From a bacterium (GTDB lineage: Bacteria > JAHJDO01): DNA of 64,000 bases. Of the stretch, positions 47,455 to 59,187 are shown one piece after another; position 1 is the first letter of the stretch, and every line of letters starts with the position of its first letter. The stretch spans positions 37,050 through 101,049 of the forward strand of contig JAUSPT010000024.1 of assembly GCA_030652805.1 (NCBI GenBank), written 5' to 3'. The position numbers and the translations under genes are program-made. The notes under the pieces are model-generated. The model made no database searches. It was given only the letters and a program-made list of their open reading frames with translations, and was not told where the DNA came from.

Positions 47455-49203
47455 TTGTTGAATGGAATTCCTGTATCACCCGGCATAGTAATCGGGAAAG
47501 TTCTATTATTGGATAGTCGAATATCTGCTGTGCCTAAGTATAAGATTAACAAAGATGGAATAGTAAAAGAAATAATCCGCTTTACAAGAGCGCTTAGCAA
47601 AGCTAAAAGGGAGCTTACAGAGATTCAGAGAAAATTTGTTGACAAGGTTGGAGAAACGCACGCCGCTATCTTTGATGCGCATTTGTTAATTCTAGAGGAT
47701 TCATCACTAATAGAAAAAACCATAGAACAAGTAAGAAATGAACAGTTTAATGTGGAGTTTGTATTTTCCCAGGTACTGGAGAAGGTAATTAAAAAGTTTT
47801 CTGGTATTAATGATGAATACATGGGGGAACGTGTAGCTGATATAAACGACGTTGGCAGACGCGTTCTCAAAAATCTTTTAGCCAAGAAGCATGTGGATTT
47901 GTCTAATTTAAAAGAAAGGGTTGTGCTCGTAAGCCATGATCTTTCTCCATCAGACACTGCCCAAATGAATAAGAATAAAGTCATAGGCTTTGCGACTGAA
48001 ATAGGCGGGCGAACTTCGCATACAGCAATCATGGCAAGAACGTTAGAGATCCCTGCTGTTGTAGGAGTAGAAAACATTACTCAAAAAGTGATTACAGGGG
48101 ACACTATTATTATAGATGGGGTTAAGGGAATAGTAATAGTAAATCCTTCTCCGTTTATTCTTGAGAAATATTTGAAGAAGCGGGCAGAAATTAAGTCATT
48201 AGAAAGAAAGCTCTCAAGACTTAGATACGTACGCGCAGATACGCTTGATGGGCAGAAAATTTTGCTGGCGGCAAATATAGAATCACGAAACGAAGTCCAT
48301 TCAATAATAACACATGGCGCAAACGGGATAGGACTTTATAGAACAGAATTTCTCTACTTAAAGAGAAATACTATGCCTAGCGAAGAAGAGCAGTTTAACG
48401 CTTATAGGTATGTTGCTCAAAAAATTAATCCGCAGAATGTGGTTATAAGAACTCTTGATCTGGGAGGAGATAAGTTTATATCAGAGTTAGGAATGCCAAA
48501 AGAAATGAATCCCCTTTTAGGTTTGAGGGCTATTAGATTTTGTTTGAAACGGCCGGATATATTCAAGCCTCAGTTACGGGCCATTCTAAGAGCAAGCCAT
48601 TACGGTAATGTGTCAATGATGTTCCCTATGATATCAGGATTGTCAGAACTAAGAGAGGCAAAAGTGCTTGTTGAGGGGGTAAAAAAGGAACTGGATAGGG
48701 AAAATCTTCCTTATGACAGGAATATTAAGGTTGGCGTTATGATAGAGGTGCCTTCCGCGGCATTAATAGCTGATATATTGGCGAAGGAAGCAGATTTTTT
48801 TAGCATAGGAACTAATGACTTAATTCAGTATTCTTTTGCGCTAGACAGAGTTAACGAAAAAATCTCCTATCTCTATAGACCTAATCATCCGGCAGTTTAT
48901 CGTTTAATCAAAATGATTATAGACGCTGCGAATAAGGCTGATATTCCTGTCACTATATGTGGAGAGATGGCAGGAGTGCCAGCATCTGTATTGGCCTTAT
49001 TGGGATTGGGATTGTTTCGTTTCAGTATGGCCTCTGTAATAATTCCTGAAATTAAAAAACTGATTCGCCACGTAAACACTAATGATGCAAAAAAAGTTGC
49101 TAAACATGTTCTCGAATTATCAACAGGTAAGGAAGCAGACAGGTATCTGAGATCTAAGATTGAAAAGATTATCTCAAGGGCTGAAATTGAGATATATGGC
49201 TAA
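47455..49203 (+). CDS. ptsI: phosphoenolpyruvate-protein phosphotransferase (Enzyme I)
   Basis: GGRTSHTAIMAR (phospho-His domain), PEP-utilising TIM barrel motifs (LGGDKF, IGTNDLIQY, CGEMAG). Confidence 0.88.
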   Translation: MLNGIPVSPGIVIGKVLLLDSRISAVPKYKINKDGIVKEIIRFTRALSKAKRELTEIQRKFVDKVGETHAAIFDAHLLILEDSSLIEKTIEQVRNEQFNVEFVFSQVLEKVIKKFSGINDEYMGERVADINDVGRRVLKNLLAKKHVDLSNLKERVVLVSHDLSPSDTAQMNKNKVIGFATEIGGRTSHTAIMARTLEIPAVVGVENITQKVITGDTIIIDGVKGIVIVNPSPFILEKYLKKRAEIKSLERKLSRLRYVRADTLDGQKILLAANIESRNEVHSIITHGANGIGLYRTEFLYLKRNTMPSEEEQFNAYRYVAQKINPQNVVIRTLDLGGDKFISELGMPKEMNPLLGLRAIRFCLKRPDIFKPQLRAILRASHYGNVSMMFPMISGLSELREAKVLVEGVKKELDRENLPYDRNIKVGVMIEVPSAALIADILAKEADFFSIGTNDLIQYSFALDRVNEKISYLYRPNHPAVYRLIKMIIDAANKADIPVTICGEMAGVPASVLALLGLGLFRFSMASVIIPEIKKLIRHVNTNDAKKVAKHVLELSTGKEADRYLRSKIEKIISRAEIEIYG

Positions 49204-49408
49204 CTATTATGAAGATGAAATATCAAATCACAAATAACAAATCTCAAACAAATTCAAAATTTCAATTTTCAAAATTCAAAGACAGAGCAATTTTGATCAT
49301 TGGTTATTTGGTCATTGTGATTTGTTTGTTATTTGGTACTTGGTACTTGGAATTTTAAAATTTATACTAACTTAGAGTTAAACATTTACAAGAGAGGAAA
49401 TTTTTTTT

Positions 49409-50467
49409 ATGGATGTTTTGGATAACTTAGAGTCAATAAAGAAAATAGATGTATCTAATATGTTTGATTTGATATTGAATTTTGACTCTCAGTGCGAGGA
49501 GGCTGTTTCTGCTGCCCGGTCTTGCGATATTCCTCGGGAATATTCACAGGTTGAGAAAATTATAGTCATAGGTATGGGTGGTTCAGCAATTGGAGGAGAT
49601 ATTTTATCAAAACTTCTCATAGATGAAATAAAAGTTCCAGTATTTGTTAATCGCAATTATCGTTTGCCTAATTTTGCAGATAAGAAAACTCTTGTATTTG
49701 CTACAAGTTATTCAGGTAATACTGAAGAGACACTTTCGTCTTACAACGATGCGAAGGGACGTGGTTGCAGAATAATTTGTGTAACAAGTGGGGGAAGACT
49801 GGCTGAGAATGCAGAGTCTGACAGTCTTCCACTCATAAAAATACCCGGTGGTCAGCCTCCGAGAAGTGCGTTAGGATACATGTTTCTACCTGTGTTAATA
49901 GTTATGCAAAATCTAGGACTTACTACTTCAAAGATGGAAGATATAAGCGAAGCTATAAGTATTTTGAAGAGGTTAAAAACTGTGTGGGGAAATAAATTCT
50001 CTGATTCAAACCTGGCAAAAAAACTTGCAAAGACATTATACAATAAATTCCCTCTGATCTATTCTATAGATGGCTGTCTTGGGCCAGTAGCTCTAAGATG
50101 GAAAACACAGCTGAATGAAAACAGTAAAATTCTGGCGTACAATAATGTTTTCCCTGAGCTGGATCATAATGAAATAGTTGGCTGGGAAGGGCTGGATAAT
50201 CTAACCAAGAGTATGTCAGTCATAATACTCAGAGATAAAGGTGATTTTGAGAGAAATTCAAAGCGCATTGTTATAACAAATTCAATCATAAAAGACAAGC
50301 CAAGTGAAATTACTGAAGTCTGGACAGAGGGTAATTCTGTATTAGCCAGAATGTTTTCACTTATTTATCTTGGAGATTTTGTGAGTTTTTATCTTGCAAT
50401 ATTGTATGGAGTTGATCCAACACCTGTTGATAAAATAGAAACATTAAAGAAAAAACTGGTAGAATAA
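49409..50467 (+). CDS. bifunctional phosphoglucose/phosphomannose isomerase (SIS domain, archaeal type)
   Basis: SIS motif VIGMGGSAIGGD, ATSYSGNTEETL; PGI/PMI family architecture. Confidence 0.75.
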   Translation: MDVLDNLESIKKIDVSNMFDLILNFDSQCEEAVSAARSCDIPREYSQVEKIIVIGMGGSAIGGDILSKLLIDEIKVPVFVNRNYRLPNFADKKTLVFATSYSGNTEETLSSYNDAKGRGCRIICVTSGGRLAENAESDSLPLIKIPGGQPPRSALGYMFLPVLIVMQNLGLTTSKMEDISEAISILKRLKTVWGNKFSDSNLAKKLAKTLYNKFPLIYSIDGCLGPVALRWKTQLNENSKILAYNNVFPELDHNEIVGWEGLDNLTKSMSVIILRDKGDFERNSKRIVITNSIIKDKPSEITEVWTEGNSVLARMFSLIYLGDFVSFYLAILYGVDPTPVDKIETLKKKLVE

Positions 50468-50483
50468 CAGAAGGAGGAATTAG

Positions 50484-51647
50484 ATGGTAACAAAGAGTAG
50501 CAACAACTATTTATTTACATCAGAGTCTGTAACTGAAGGACACCCTGACAAAATGGCAGACCAGATATCTGACAGTGTTTTAGATGTTATTATGGAGAAT
50601 GACCCAAATGGAAGAGTTGCATGTGAGACACTTGTTACGACAGGCATCGTATATGTTGCCGGAGAGATTACAACTTCGTGCTATGTAGATATTCCTACAA
50701 TTGCAAGAAAGACTATTAGAGAGATTGGCTATACCAGTGCTTCTTATGGATTTGATTACGAAACATGTGGTGTTCTTACTGCTATACAATCTCAGTCTCC
50801 AGACATTGCTCTCGGTGTTGATCCAGGTGGTGCAGGAGACCAGGGTATGATGTTTGGTTATGCGACTGAGGAGACAAAGGAACTTATGCCCTTGCCAATC
50901 ATGCTTGCTCATAAACTTTGCAGAAGACTGGCTAAGATAAGAAAAGAAAAAATCTTAGATTACTTAAGGCCTGATGGGAAGTCACAGGTAACGGCTGAAT
51001 ATGTAGATGGAAAACCATACCGCATAGAAGCAATAGTAGTATCAACACAGCATGATGGCGATATTGATATGAACATCTTAAAGGATGATATAAAAGAACA
51101 TGTGATAAGACCTGTTATTCCTTCTAATCTGATGGATAGCAAAACCAAGATTTTTATAAATCCAACAGGTCGCTTTGAGATAGGTGGACCGCATGGAGAT
51201 ACTGGTTTGACAGGGAGAAAGATCATAGTTGATACATACGGCGGTGTAGGCAGCCACGGTGGGGGCTGTTTTTCTGGTAAGGATTGTACCAAAGTTGATC
51301 GATCTGCATCTTATTTTGCCCGCTACCTTGCAAAGAATATAGTGGCAGCTGGTTTAACATCTGAGTGTGAGATTCAGCTGGCATATGCAATTGGAGTACC
51401 GGAACCAGTTTCAGTTATGGTAAATACATTCAATAAAGGCAAGATAGCCAAAGATAAAATTAAAAAGCTTCTTATCGATAATTTTGATATGAGCCCGAAA
51501 GGGATAATTAATCATCTAAAACTTCGCAGGCCAATCTATAAGAAGACTGCTTGCTATGGTCATTTTGGCAGGGAAGAAGCTACCTTTACATGGGAAAAGA
51601 CAGACAAAGCAGATTTTCTTAGAAAAAAGGCTGGACTGTGCTCGTGA
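50484..51647 (+). CDS. metK: S-adenosylmethionine synthetase
   Basis: [35 protein letters not shown](C)TKVDRS. Confidence 0.92.
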   Translation: MVTKSSNNYLFTSESVTEGHPDKMADQISDSVLDVIMENDPNGRVACETLVTTGIVYVAGEITTSCYVDIPTIARKTIREIGYTSASYGFDYETCGVLTAIQSQSPDIALGVDPGGAGDQGMMFGYATEETKELMPLPIMLAHKLCRRLAKIRKEKILDYLRPDGKSQVTAEYVDGKPYRIEAIVVSTQHDGDIDMNILKDDIKEHVIRPVIPSNLMDSKTKIFINPTGRFEIGGPHGDTGLTGRKIIVDTYGGVGSHGGGCFSGKDCTKVDRSASYFARYLAKNIVAAGLTSECEIQLAYAIGVPEPVSVMVNTFNKGKIAKDKIKKLLIDNFDMSPKGIINHLKLRRPIYKKTACYGHFGREEATFTWEKTDKADFLRKKAGLCS

Positions 51648-51658
51648 TTAATATATAG

Positions 51659-52927
<1,269 letters not shown>

Positions 52928-52940
52928 CTCAGTTAATGTT

Positions 52941-53135
52941 ATGATTAAAAAAATAATAAAAACTACGACACATGCCAAACAGGCAATAGATGATCGAAAA
53001 TTCTGGCAATCACAAACGTCCGAATATAGGTTGAGTACTGTAGAAAAGCTGAGAATTGAGGCGGGGAATTTTTTGTATGAATATCCAGCAAGACTTCAAA
53101 GAACTATTAGAGTTACTCGAAAAACATCAAGTTGA
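52941..53135 (+). CDS. small hypothetical ORF overlapping start of nucleotidyltransferase gene
   Basis: 64-aa ORF, different frame from 53077 gene, 59-nt overlap; possible partner protein or spurious. Confidence 0.2.
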   Translation: MIKKIIKTTTHAKQAIDDRKFWQSQTSEYRLSTVEKLRIEAGNFLYEYPARLQRTIRVTRKTSS

Positions 53136-53517
53136 ATATATGATTGTCGGCGGATATGCCGTCGCTTTTCATGGTTTTCCGAGATTTACAAAAGATATTG
53201 ATATATTCTTTTCCAGTTCTTCCAAAAATGTTGAGAAAATCATAGCAGTGCTTGTTGAGTTTGGCTTTTCAAAAACTGACCTATCCCCTGAATTGTTTCT
53301 TAAAGAAGGGAATATTGTTACTTTCGGGATAGCACCTGTTCGGGTAGATTTTGTAAATAAAATTGATGGTGTGGATTTTTCAGCAGCATGTCCAAGACGT
53401 GTCAGAGGAAAGTATGGCAGCGTTGATGTTTATTTTATCGGGAAGAAAGATTTGCTGACAAACAAAAGCTCAACTACGAGAACTAGGGATAAAGCGGACG
53501 TAGAAGAATTGTCATAA
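53077..53517 (+). CDS. minimal nucleotidyltransferase (Pol-beta superfamily, MNT-like)
   Basis: MIVGGYAVAFHGFPRFTKDIDIFF. G[GS]x9-13Dx[DE] NTase motif; ATG at 53077 preferred over track start 53056. Confidence 0.55.
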   Translation: MNIQQDFKELLELLEKHQVEYMIVGGYAVAFHGFPRFTKDIDIFFSSSSKNVEKIIAVLVEFGFSKTDLSPELFLKEGNIVTFGIAPVRVDFVNKIDGVDFSAACPRRVRGKYGSVDVYFIGKKDLLTNKSSTTRTRDKADVEELS

Positions 53518-53525
53518 TAAAAATT

Positions 53526-56500
53526 CTACACTTCCCAGCACACACATCTAAAATTGCAATTATCGCATTTTGTTTTATCGTATTCTGAAAGCTTCTCAAA
53601 TTCAAGATTGTGAATCCTCTTCCATACGTCAATAATGAGCTTCTTCATATCTTCTGCCATTTTATCAGTTATTGTAAGCTCGAGTGTTTTATATTCTCCT
53701 TCTTCTATATCGTATTTTTTGACCGTTCTTTTTGCGGGCTCTAAAAACTCAAGTTTGCATGATGCTACTTTATAGGGCTCGGGTTGATTTTCGAGTATTA
53801 ATTTATATGCTATTAGCTGGTGAAGGTATGGGTCGCAGTCTTTATTAAGAGGGTCATTGTTGTCTGTAATGCTTTTTATATGTCTATATGCATCTCCTGT
53901 TTTGTAATCAATAACGCACACGTTTCTATTGTTTCCAACAGTATCTATTCTGTCAAACCTTCCTGAAAAAGGGATATTCTCATTTATAAATATTCCAAGG
54001 CTTTTCTCTATGAATAAAACGCACGCAGGGCTTTCAGCCTTCTTCTGATACCAGTTTCTGAGCTCCTCAACTTTCCCAAGGCAGCCTTGTTCTATCCTTT
54101 GTCCCGGGGACATATTTTCCAGACAGGTCTTAAAAACATTCTCAAAAAAACTAAATCCGGGGAGACTTCGCCTCGAGAGACTTTGTCTCTTTTTGTATAT
54201 TTCATAGGTTTTGCTCAATGCTTTGTGTACACATGTTCCAAATAGCAGGCTTTCAGTTAATTCACTTGGAATCATTAACAGGTTATTGTAGAGAAAAGAT
54301 CTCTTGCATTTTACATAGTCATTTACATTTGTTGGATTTAGGGTTATGAATTTTACGTAGTCTTTGAGAATTTCATCTGTTTGCAAAAAGGGAGGACGTT
54401 CCTTAACTGTATCTATGGAAAATCTAAGAACATGTTCTTCAGGTATAAGGCATGGTTGAGGCTCAATATCCATGTTCTTAAGAAACATGCTGGTAATGTC
54501 TTTTTCCAGAGGAGCAGCAGTAAAAAATAGATTCGCTTTAGCCCTTGTACACGCTACATAGAATAGTCTTATTTCATCGTATATATGGAGTTTTTTCATC
54601 GCTTCCAAGGAACATACACTTTCAGGTATTTGAAGAATAGTTTGCGGAATAGGTATTAGGTCTGTAATTAGTTTTTTAGGCCATTTTTTATCATGAATAC
54701 AAAAAGGAATAAAAACAGTATGAAATTCAGTTCCTTTCCCACTGTGAGCTGTTAATACTCTGACCCCTTTTTGATGAGAACTTGCAAGTATACCTTGAAT
54801 TCCTATGCCGTAAGATTGCTGCAAATTGATATTTCCCACAAAATCAGTAATCGTCATTATAGGATTGGTAGTTACCTGTTCCTTTACACACTCAATAAAA
54901 GAAGAGATTGCTCTTAAATCTCTTACTTTTAATATCTGGTCTGTTTCGTACTGTGCTAATATAAACTCCAGCATTCCGGAATCCTTTATATACTGAAGTA
55001 TTAGCTGATGAACCGAACGCGTGCCGGAATCCTTAATAAGTCTTTGAATCGCCCATGAGAATTTATGTAACTTTAGAGGTTTTTTAAGGTTGATATGTTT
55101 TGTTATTTTTAGTTGATTTGATTCTTGCTCTGTAGGCGAAGTGTTTCCTGGAAATCCTGATGTTATTTCTTCGAGGAAAGTAATTGATTTATTCCCATTA
55201 ATATTTTTCCTCTTTTTTAAGCTTACATAACTCAGCAAAGCAGTCATATCACTTACATCTATTTCAAAATAATCAGAAGCAAGTAATTCAAATATATACC
55301 TATCTGCATGCTCAGGATTATGCGAATTTACTGCAAGGTTTAGAGCTGAAAACAGCTGCCTGACACGCAGATGGGAGCTTATATCCTCCTTGCCATCTGT
55401 TACATACGGAATTCCTGTTTGCAGGAATGCATCAATAATAGGCAGTATGTCTTTTCTTGTTCTAAGGAGTATAGCTATATCGCTGTATGGGTCATCACCT
55501 GGTATAATCTTCTCTCTAACAAGCCGTTTAATTTCCTCTACAATAAAAGATACCTCTTCTCTGAGGGAACCGAATTTTAATGATTTTACCCCATTAGAGA
55601 AAACCACTGACTTTAGTCGGTGGTGCGGGACTAAAGATTTCTGTGATATTCTCTTATGCGAAGGGATTTCTTCTATGAGTTTTCTTGATATATTAAGTAT
55701 TTCAGGAGTTGAGCGATAGTTTTCTGTAAGCGTCATTTGTGTGAGATTCTTAAATCTGTCTTTTATTGTCCTGAAGTTTGCAATAGATGCGCCCTGAAAT
55801 CTGTATATTGACTGGTCATCATCTCCAACCACACATAGATTAGTTTTCTTGGGATTAATAAGACTTAGAAGCAGTTTGAGCTGAGCTTTGTTTGTATCCT
55901 GAAACTCGTCCACCATAATATAGCTAAATTTCCCCCTGTACTTTTTACCCAGATTCTTGTCATGATTCAGAATATGAGTTGCCATAATTATCATATCATC
56001 AAAATCATATCTTCCCCTCTCATCAAGAACATGTTTTTCTCCTGAATCCTTGAGCTCTTCATACATTCTGTAAACCTTTTCAAATTGGTTAAGTTTTGGG
56101 ATATGTTTTTCCTGAATAATCTCTCCGTCAGTAAAGATATTACTCAGACATTGGGAAAAATCGTCGGGGGTGATACCTTCCCTTTTTAGAATATTTATGT
56201 TTCTGATAATCTCCTTTTCATAATGATAAGGCGCTCTAAAGGGTCTGATTTGTGAGATATTATCTAAATTGTCCAGAATGTATCTTATAAGTTTGATTCT
56301 CTCTGTGTCATGCAGTTCTATTTTTTCTCCAAAGGCCTCAGATACTTCCTCTGATTCAGTAATGATGGAATTTGCAAGGCTGTGATATGTCTCAACTTCT
56401 ACAAAGTAACCGTCAGCGCCAATAATTTCAACAATCCTTTCCCTGATAGTTCCGCTAGCAGCATTGGTAAAGCTCAGGATAAGGATATTTGACGGCGAAG

Positions 56501-56651
56501 CATTGTTTCTTTTTAGTATATTTGCCGTTCTTACAGAAAGCACCTGAGTTTTCCCGGTGCCTGGTCCGGCCAGTACAACAACATGTTCTTTAATGTTGTC
56601 AACAACTGCTTTTTGTTTATCATTTAACTGGTTATAATAATTGCTGTACAT
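53526..56651 (-). CDS. UvrD/PcrA-like superfamily-1 helicase fused to C-terminal PD-(D/E)xK (RecB/Cas4-like, Cys-cluster) nuclease
   Basis: Walker A LAGPGTGKTQ, motif II MVDEFQDTN, helicase motifs through GKGTEFHTVF; C-terminal nuclease core RFDRIDTV...VIDYKTG and terminal CDNCNFRCVCW cysteine cluster. Confidence 0.8.
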   Translation of the reverse strand: MYSNYYNQLNDKQKAVVDNIKEHVVVLAGPGTGKTQVLSVRTANILKRNNASPSNILILSFTNAASGTIRERIVEIIGADGYFVEVETYHSLANSIITESEEVSEAFGEKIELHDTERIKLIRYILDNLDNISQIRPFRAPYHYEKEIIRNINILKREGITPDDFSQCLSNIFTDGEIIQEKHIPKLNQFEKVYRMYEELKDSGEKHVLDERGRYDFDDMIIMATHILNHDKNLGKKYRGKFSYIMVDEFQDTNKAQLKLLLSLINPKKTNLCVVGDDDQSIYRFQGASIANFRTIKDRFKNLTQMTLTENYRSTPEILNISRKLIEEIPSHKRISQKSLVPHHRLKSVVFSNGVKSLKFGSLREEVSFIVEEIKRLVREKIIPGDDPYSDIAILLRTRKDILPIIDAFLQTGIPYVTDGKEDISSHLRVRQLFSALNLAVNSHNPEHADRYIFELLASDYFEIDVSDMTALLSYVSLKKRKNINGNKSITFLEEITSGFPGNTSPTEQESNQLKITKHINLKKPLKLHKFSWAIQRLIKDSGTRSVHQLILQYIKDSGMLEFILAQYETDQILKVRDLRAISSFIECVKEQVTTNPIMTITDFVGNINLQQSYGIGIQGILASSHQKGVRVLTAHSGKGTEFHTVFIPFCIHDKKWPKKLITDLIPIPQTILQIPESVCSLEAMKKLHIYDEIRLFYVACTRAKANLFFTAAPLEKDITSMFLKNMDIEPQPCLIPEEHVLRFSIDTVKERPPFLQTDEILKDYVKFITLNPTNVNDYVKCKRSFLYNNLLMIPSELTESLLFGTCVHKALSKTYEIYKKRQSLSRRSLPGFSFFENVFKTCLENMSPGQRIEQGCLGKVEELRNWYQKKAESPACVLFIEKSLGIFINENIPFSGRFDRIDTVGNNRNVCVIDYKTGDAYRHIKSITDNNDPLNKDCDPYLHQLIAYKLILENQPEPYKVASCKLEFLEPAKRTVKKYDIEEGEYKTLELTITDKMAEDMKKLIIDVWKRIHNLEFEKLSEYDKTKCDNCNFRCVCWEV

Positions 56652-56912
56652 GACTTAATATATTAACATAAAACTGGGACACAATAAAGAAAGCCCGTTT
56701 ATATTTGCCATTGCGAATCCCGAATGCTTTCGGGATGAAGCAATCTCATCTTTTTGAATTTTTATATTGTAGGGGCGGGGCTTGCCTCCGCCCTTTTTCC
56801 TTTTGTCTATTTTTATTGAGGTTTTAAGTAATTTGAGGTAAGGTAATATTAAAGCAGAAGTAATTGTTCAATAGTGTATTTTAAAAGAACTTTTATGATA
56901 TAAAGAATTAGT

Positions 56913-57953
56913 ATGAAAAAGAAGTTGGAAATAAATACCACACTATACACAGACGTAAAAAAGCTGATTGAAAGTGCCCGCACTGCTGTTGCACAGACAA
57001 TTAATGTCGGTCTTACGATGCTTTACTGGAATATTGGTAAAAGAATTAATGATGAGATTTTAAAAAATAAGAGAGCTGATTACGGCAAACAAATTTTCTC
57101 TACGCTGTCGCACAAATTGACAGAGGAATATGGCAAAGGATTTTCTCGTTCAGCATTAACCAGAATGTGTTTATTTAATGAAAAGTTTCCTGATCTCAAG
57201 ATTGTTGCGACGCTGTCGCACAAATTAAGTTGGTCACATTTTATTGAAATTTTACCTCTCAGCAATGAACTCCAACAAGATTTCTATGCTCAAATGTGCC
57301 GGATTGAACAGTGGAGTGTCCGTACGCTGAGGAAAAAGATTGATTCCATGCTGTTTGAACGGACAGCTATCTCTAAAAAACCAGAGGAATTGGCAAAACT
57401 TGAACTAAAAAATCTACAGGAGAATGACAAGGTAACTCCTGATTTGGTATTCAGGAGTCCTTATATTCTTGATTTTTTAAACCTGAAAGACACCTATCAA
57501 GAAAAAGACTTAGAGAAAGCCATACTAAATAAAATAGAGCAGTTTATTCTTGAACTTGGCAAAGGTTTTACGTTCGTAGAACGGCAAAAAAGAATGATAA
57601 TTGATGATAAAGACTTTTATCTTGATATGCTGTTTTATCATCGCAAACTCAAGCGGCTTGTTGCTATTGAATTAAAGCTAGGTAAATTTAAGGCTTCATA
57701 CAAAGGGCAGATGGAGCTTTATTTGAAATGGCTGGGAAAATATGAAATGGAAGAAGACGAAGATCTGCCTATTGGTTTGATATTATGTGCGGAAGGGAGC
57801 AAAGAGCAAATTGAACTGTTGCAACTTGAAGAAAGCAATATCAAAGTTGCTGAATATATTACTAAAATTTTACCAAAGAAGTTATTAAAAGAAAAACTGC
57901 ATCAATTCTATCTGCAAAGTAAGAGTTTGATTGAAAATAGGGACAGGTGTTGA
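56913..57953 (+). CDS. YhcG-like (DUF1016) PD-(D/E)xK nuclease-domain protein
   Basis: N-terminal TAVAQTINVGLTMLYWNIGKRINDEIL... typical of DUF1016/YhcG; C-terminal ELKLGKFKASYKGQMELYL nuclease core. Confidence 0.65.
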   Translation: MKKKLEINTTLYTDVKKLIESARTAVAQTINVGLTMLYWNIGKRINDEILKNKRADYGKQIFSTLSHKLTEEYGKGFSRSALTRMCLFNEKFPDLKIVATLSHKLSWSHFIEILPLSNELQQDFYAQMCRIEQWSVRTLRKKIDSMLFERTAISKKPEELAKLELKNLQENDKVTPDLVFRSPYILDFLNLKDTYQEKDLEKAILNKIEQFILELGKGFTFVERQKRMIIDDKDFYLDMLFYHRKLKRLVAIELKLGKFKASYKGQMELYLKWLGKYEMEEDEDLPIGLILCAEGSKEQIELLQLEESNIKVAEYITKILPKKLLKEKLHQFYLQSKSLIENRDRC

Positions 57954-58079
57954 ATAATAAGAAATTTCCGAAAAATTTTGGTTTGCAAAAAGTCGCTGTT
58001 CCTATTTTTTTACCCATATCATATACTATGAGTTGATTTCATTGTATGACCAAATTATTCGGCAAATAAAAGTTAAAGG

Positions 58080-59075
58080 ATGAGTAGAATACGATGCCAT
58101 ACCGTCCCCCAATTTTACCTAAAGTATTTTCTCATACCTAATTCTAACCTCTTTTGGGTATATGATAAGAAAGACTCCACTGCCAGAGAACAGTCCCCCA
58201 TCAATACTACCGTAATAGGTGACTATTATTTATCTTCATCAGATAAAGAAGGTAATAAAGATACGAGAATGGAAGACTTTTTTTCTGTGCTGGAGGATAG
58301 GACTAAACCATTATTTGATGCGTGGATATCTAATCCATTCAAATGGTCTGAAGATGATAAATCTTTAATTGCGATATTCTTATCTTTTATGTATACACGA
58401 GCTCCGAGAACAATTGAGTTAACAAAAGAAATGGGTGCTGTTGGTATTAATTATCGTCTTGATAAGTTAAAGGATGTTGCAAATGACGCAGGAAAATTTA
58501 AAAAGCTATATGAAGATTTTTGTGCTAGCAAAGAAGGGAAGGGTTGCAAAATTTCGTTTAAAGAATGTTCCCATCTAATGTCAGATCCACTAAAATATGT
58601 AAAAGTTCAAATCAATGAAAAACACGCTATTGGAGACAGCCTTCGTATGTCAGAAGCTATATACCGTGTTCTCATGAGTATGCATTGGGGTATAGGCTAT
58701 ATTGATGACGAGCATTTTTTTGTAACAAACGATACTCCTGTAAATATTTTTGTTCCAACCAATGACAAAAAAGCAATACTTGGTAGTGGTTTTGGTTCGC
58801 CCAAAGCAGAAATTAATTTTCCATTGTCACCAAAGCTATGTTTGCGGATAAGGCATACACCGATAAATAGATATCATCGCGTATATGCAGGTTTTGTTGA
58901 TGAAATAAACAGAAGAAGTGTTTATACAGCAGAACGTTATATTATTTCTTCTTTTAAAAGTAATAGAATTTATAAAATTGTTAAAGAAGCAGCTTCAACA
59001 TACGGAAAACCAAAGATAGATGCCGAGAAAATTAGGCAAAGATTGGAAGATGCCGGAGTGGGTAATAATCTGTAA
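58080..59075 (+). CDS. DUF4238-domain protein
   Basis: N-terminal HTVPQFYLKYF matches DUF4238 signature (H.VPQFYLR.F). Confidence 0.6.
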   Translation: MSRIRCHTVPQFYLKYFLIPNSNLFWVYDKKDSTAREQSPINTTVIGDYYLSSSDKEGNKDTRMEDFFSVLEDRTKPLFDAWISNPFKWSEDDKSLIAIFLSFMYTRAPRTIELTKEMGAVGINYRLDKLKDVANDAGKFKKLYEDFCASKEGKGCKISFKECSHLMSDPLKYVKVQINEKHAIGDSLRMSEAIYRVLMSMHWGIGYIDDEHFFVTNDTPVNIFVPTNDKKAILGSGFGSPKAEINFPLSPKLCLRIRHTPINRYHRVYAGFVDEINRRSVYTAERYIISSFKSNRIYKIVKEAASTYGKPKIDAEKIRQRLEDAGVGNNL

Positions 59076-59151
59076 CGGAAAGGGAAAAGGGGCAGAGTAT
59101 CGAAAGGGGCTAAGTTTTTATTGTTGATAAAACCGTTTTCAAATACGCATT

Positions 59152-59181
59152 TTGACAAAATAAGTTGTGAGGTGTTACTAT
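59152..59181 (+). promoter_or_regulatory. sigma70-type promoter (TTGACA-N18-TACTAT)
   Basis: Consensus -35 TTGACA and -10 TACTAT; drives the candidate sRNA/leader below. Confidence 0.5.
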
Positions 59182-59187
59182 CACATT

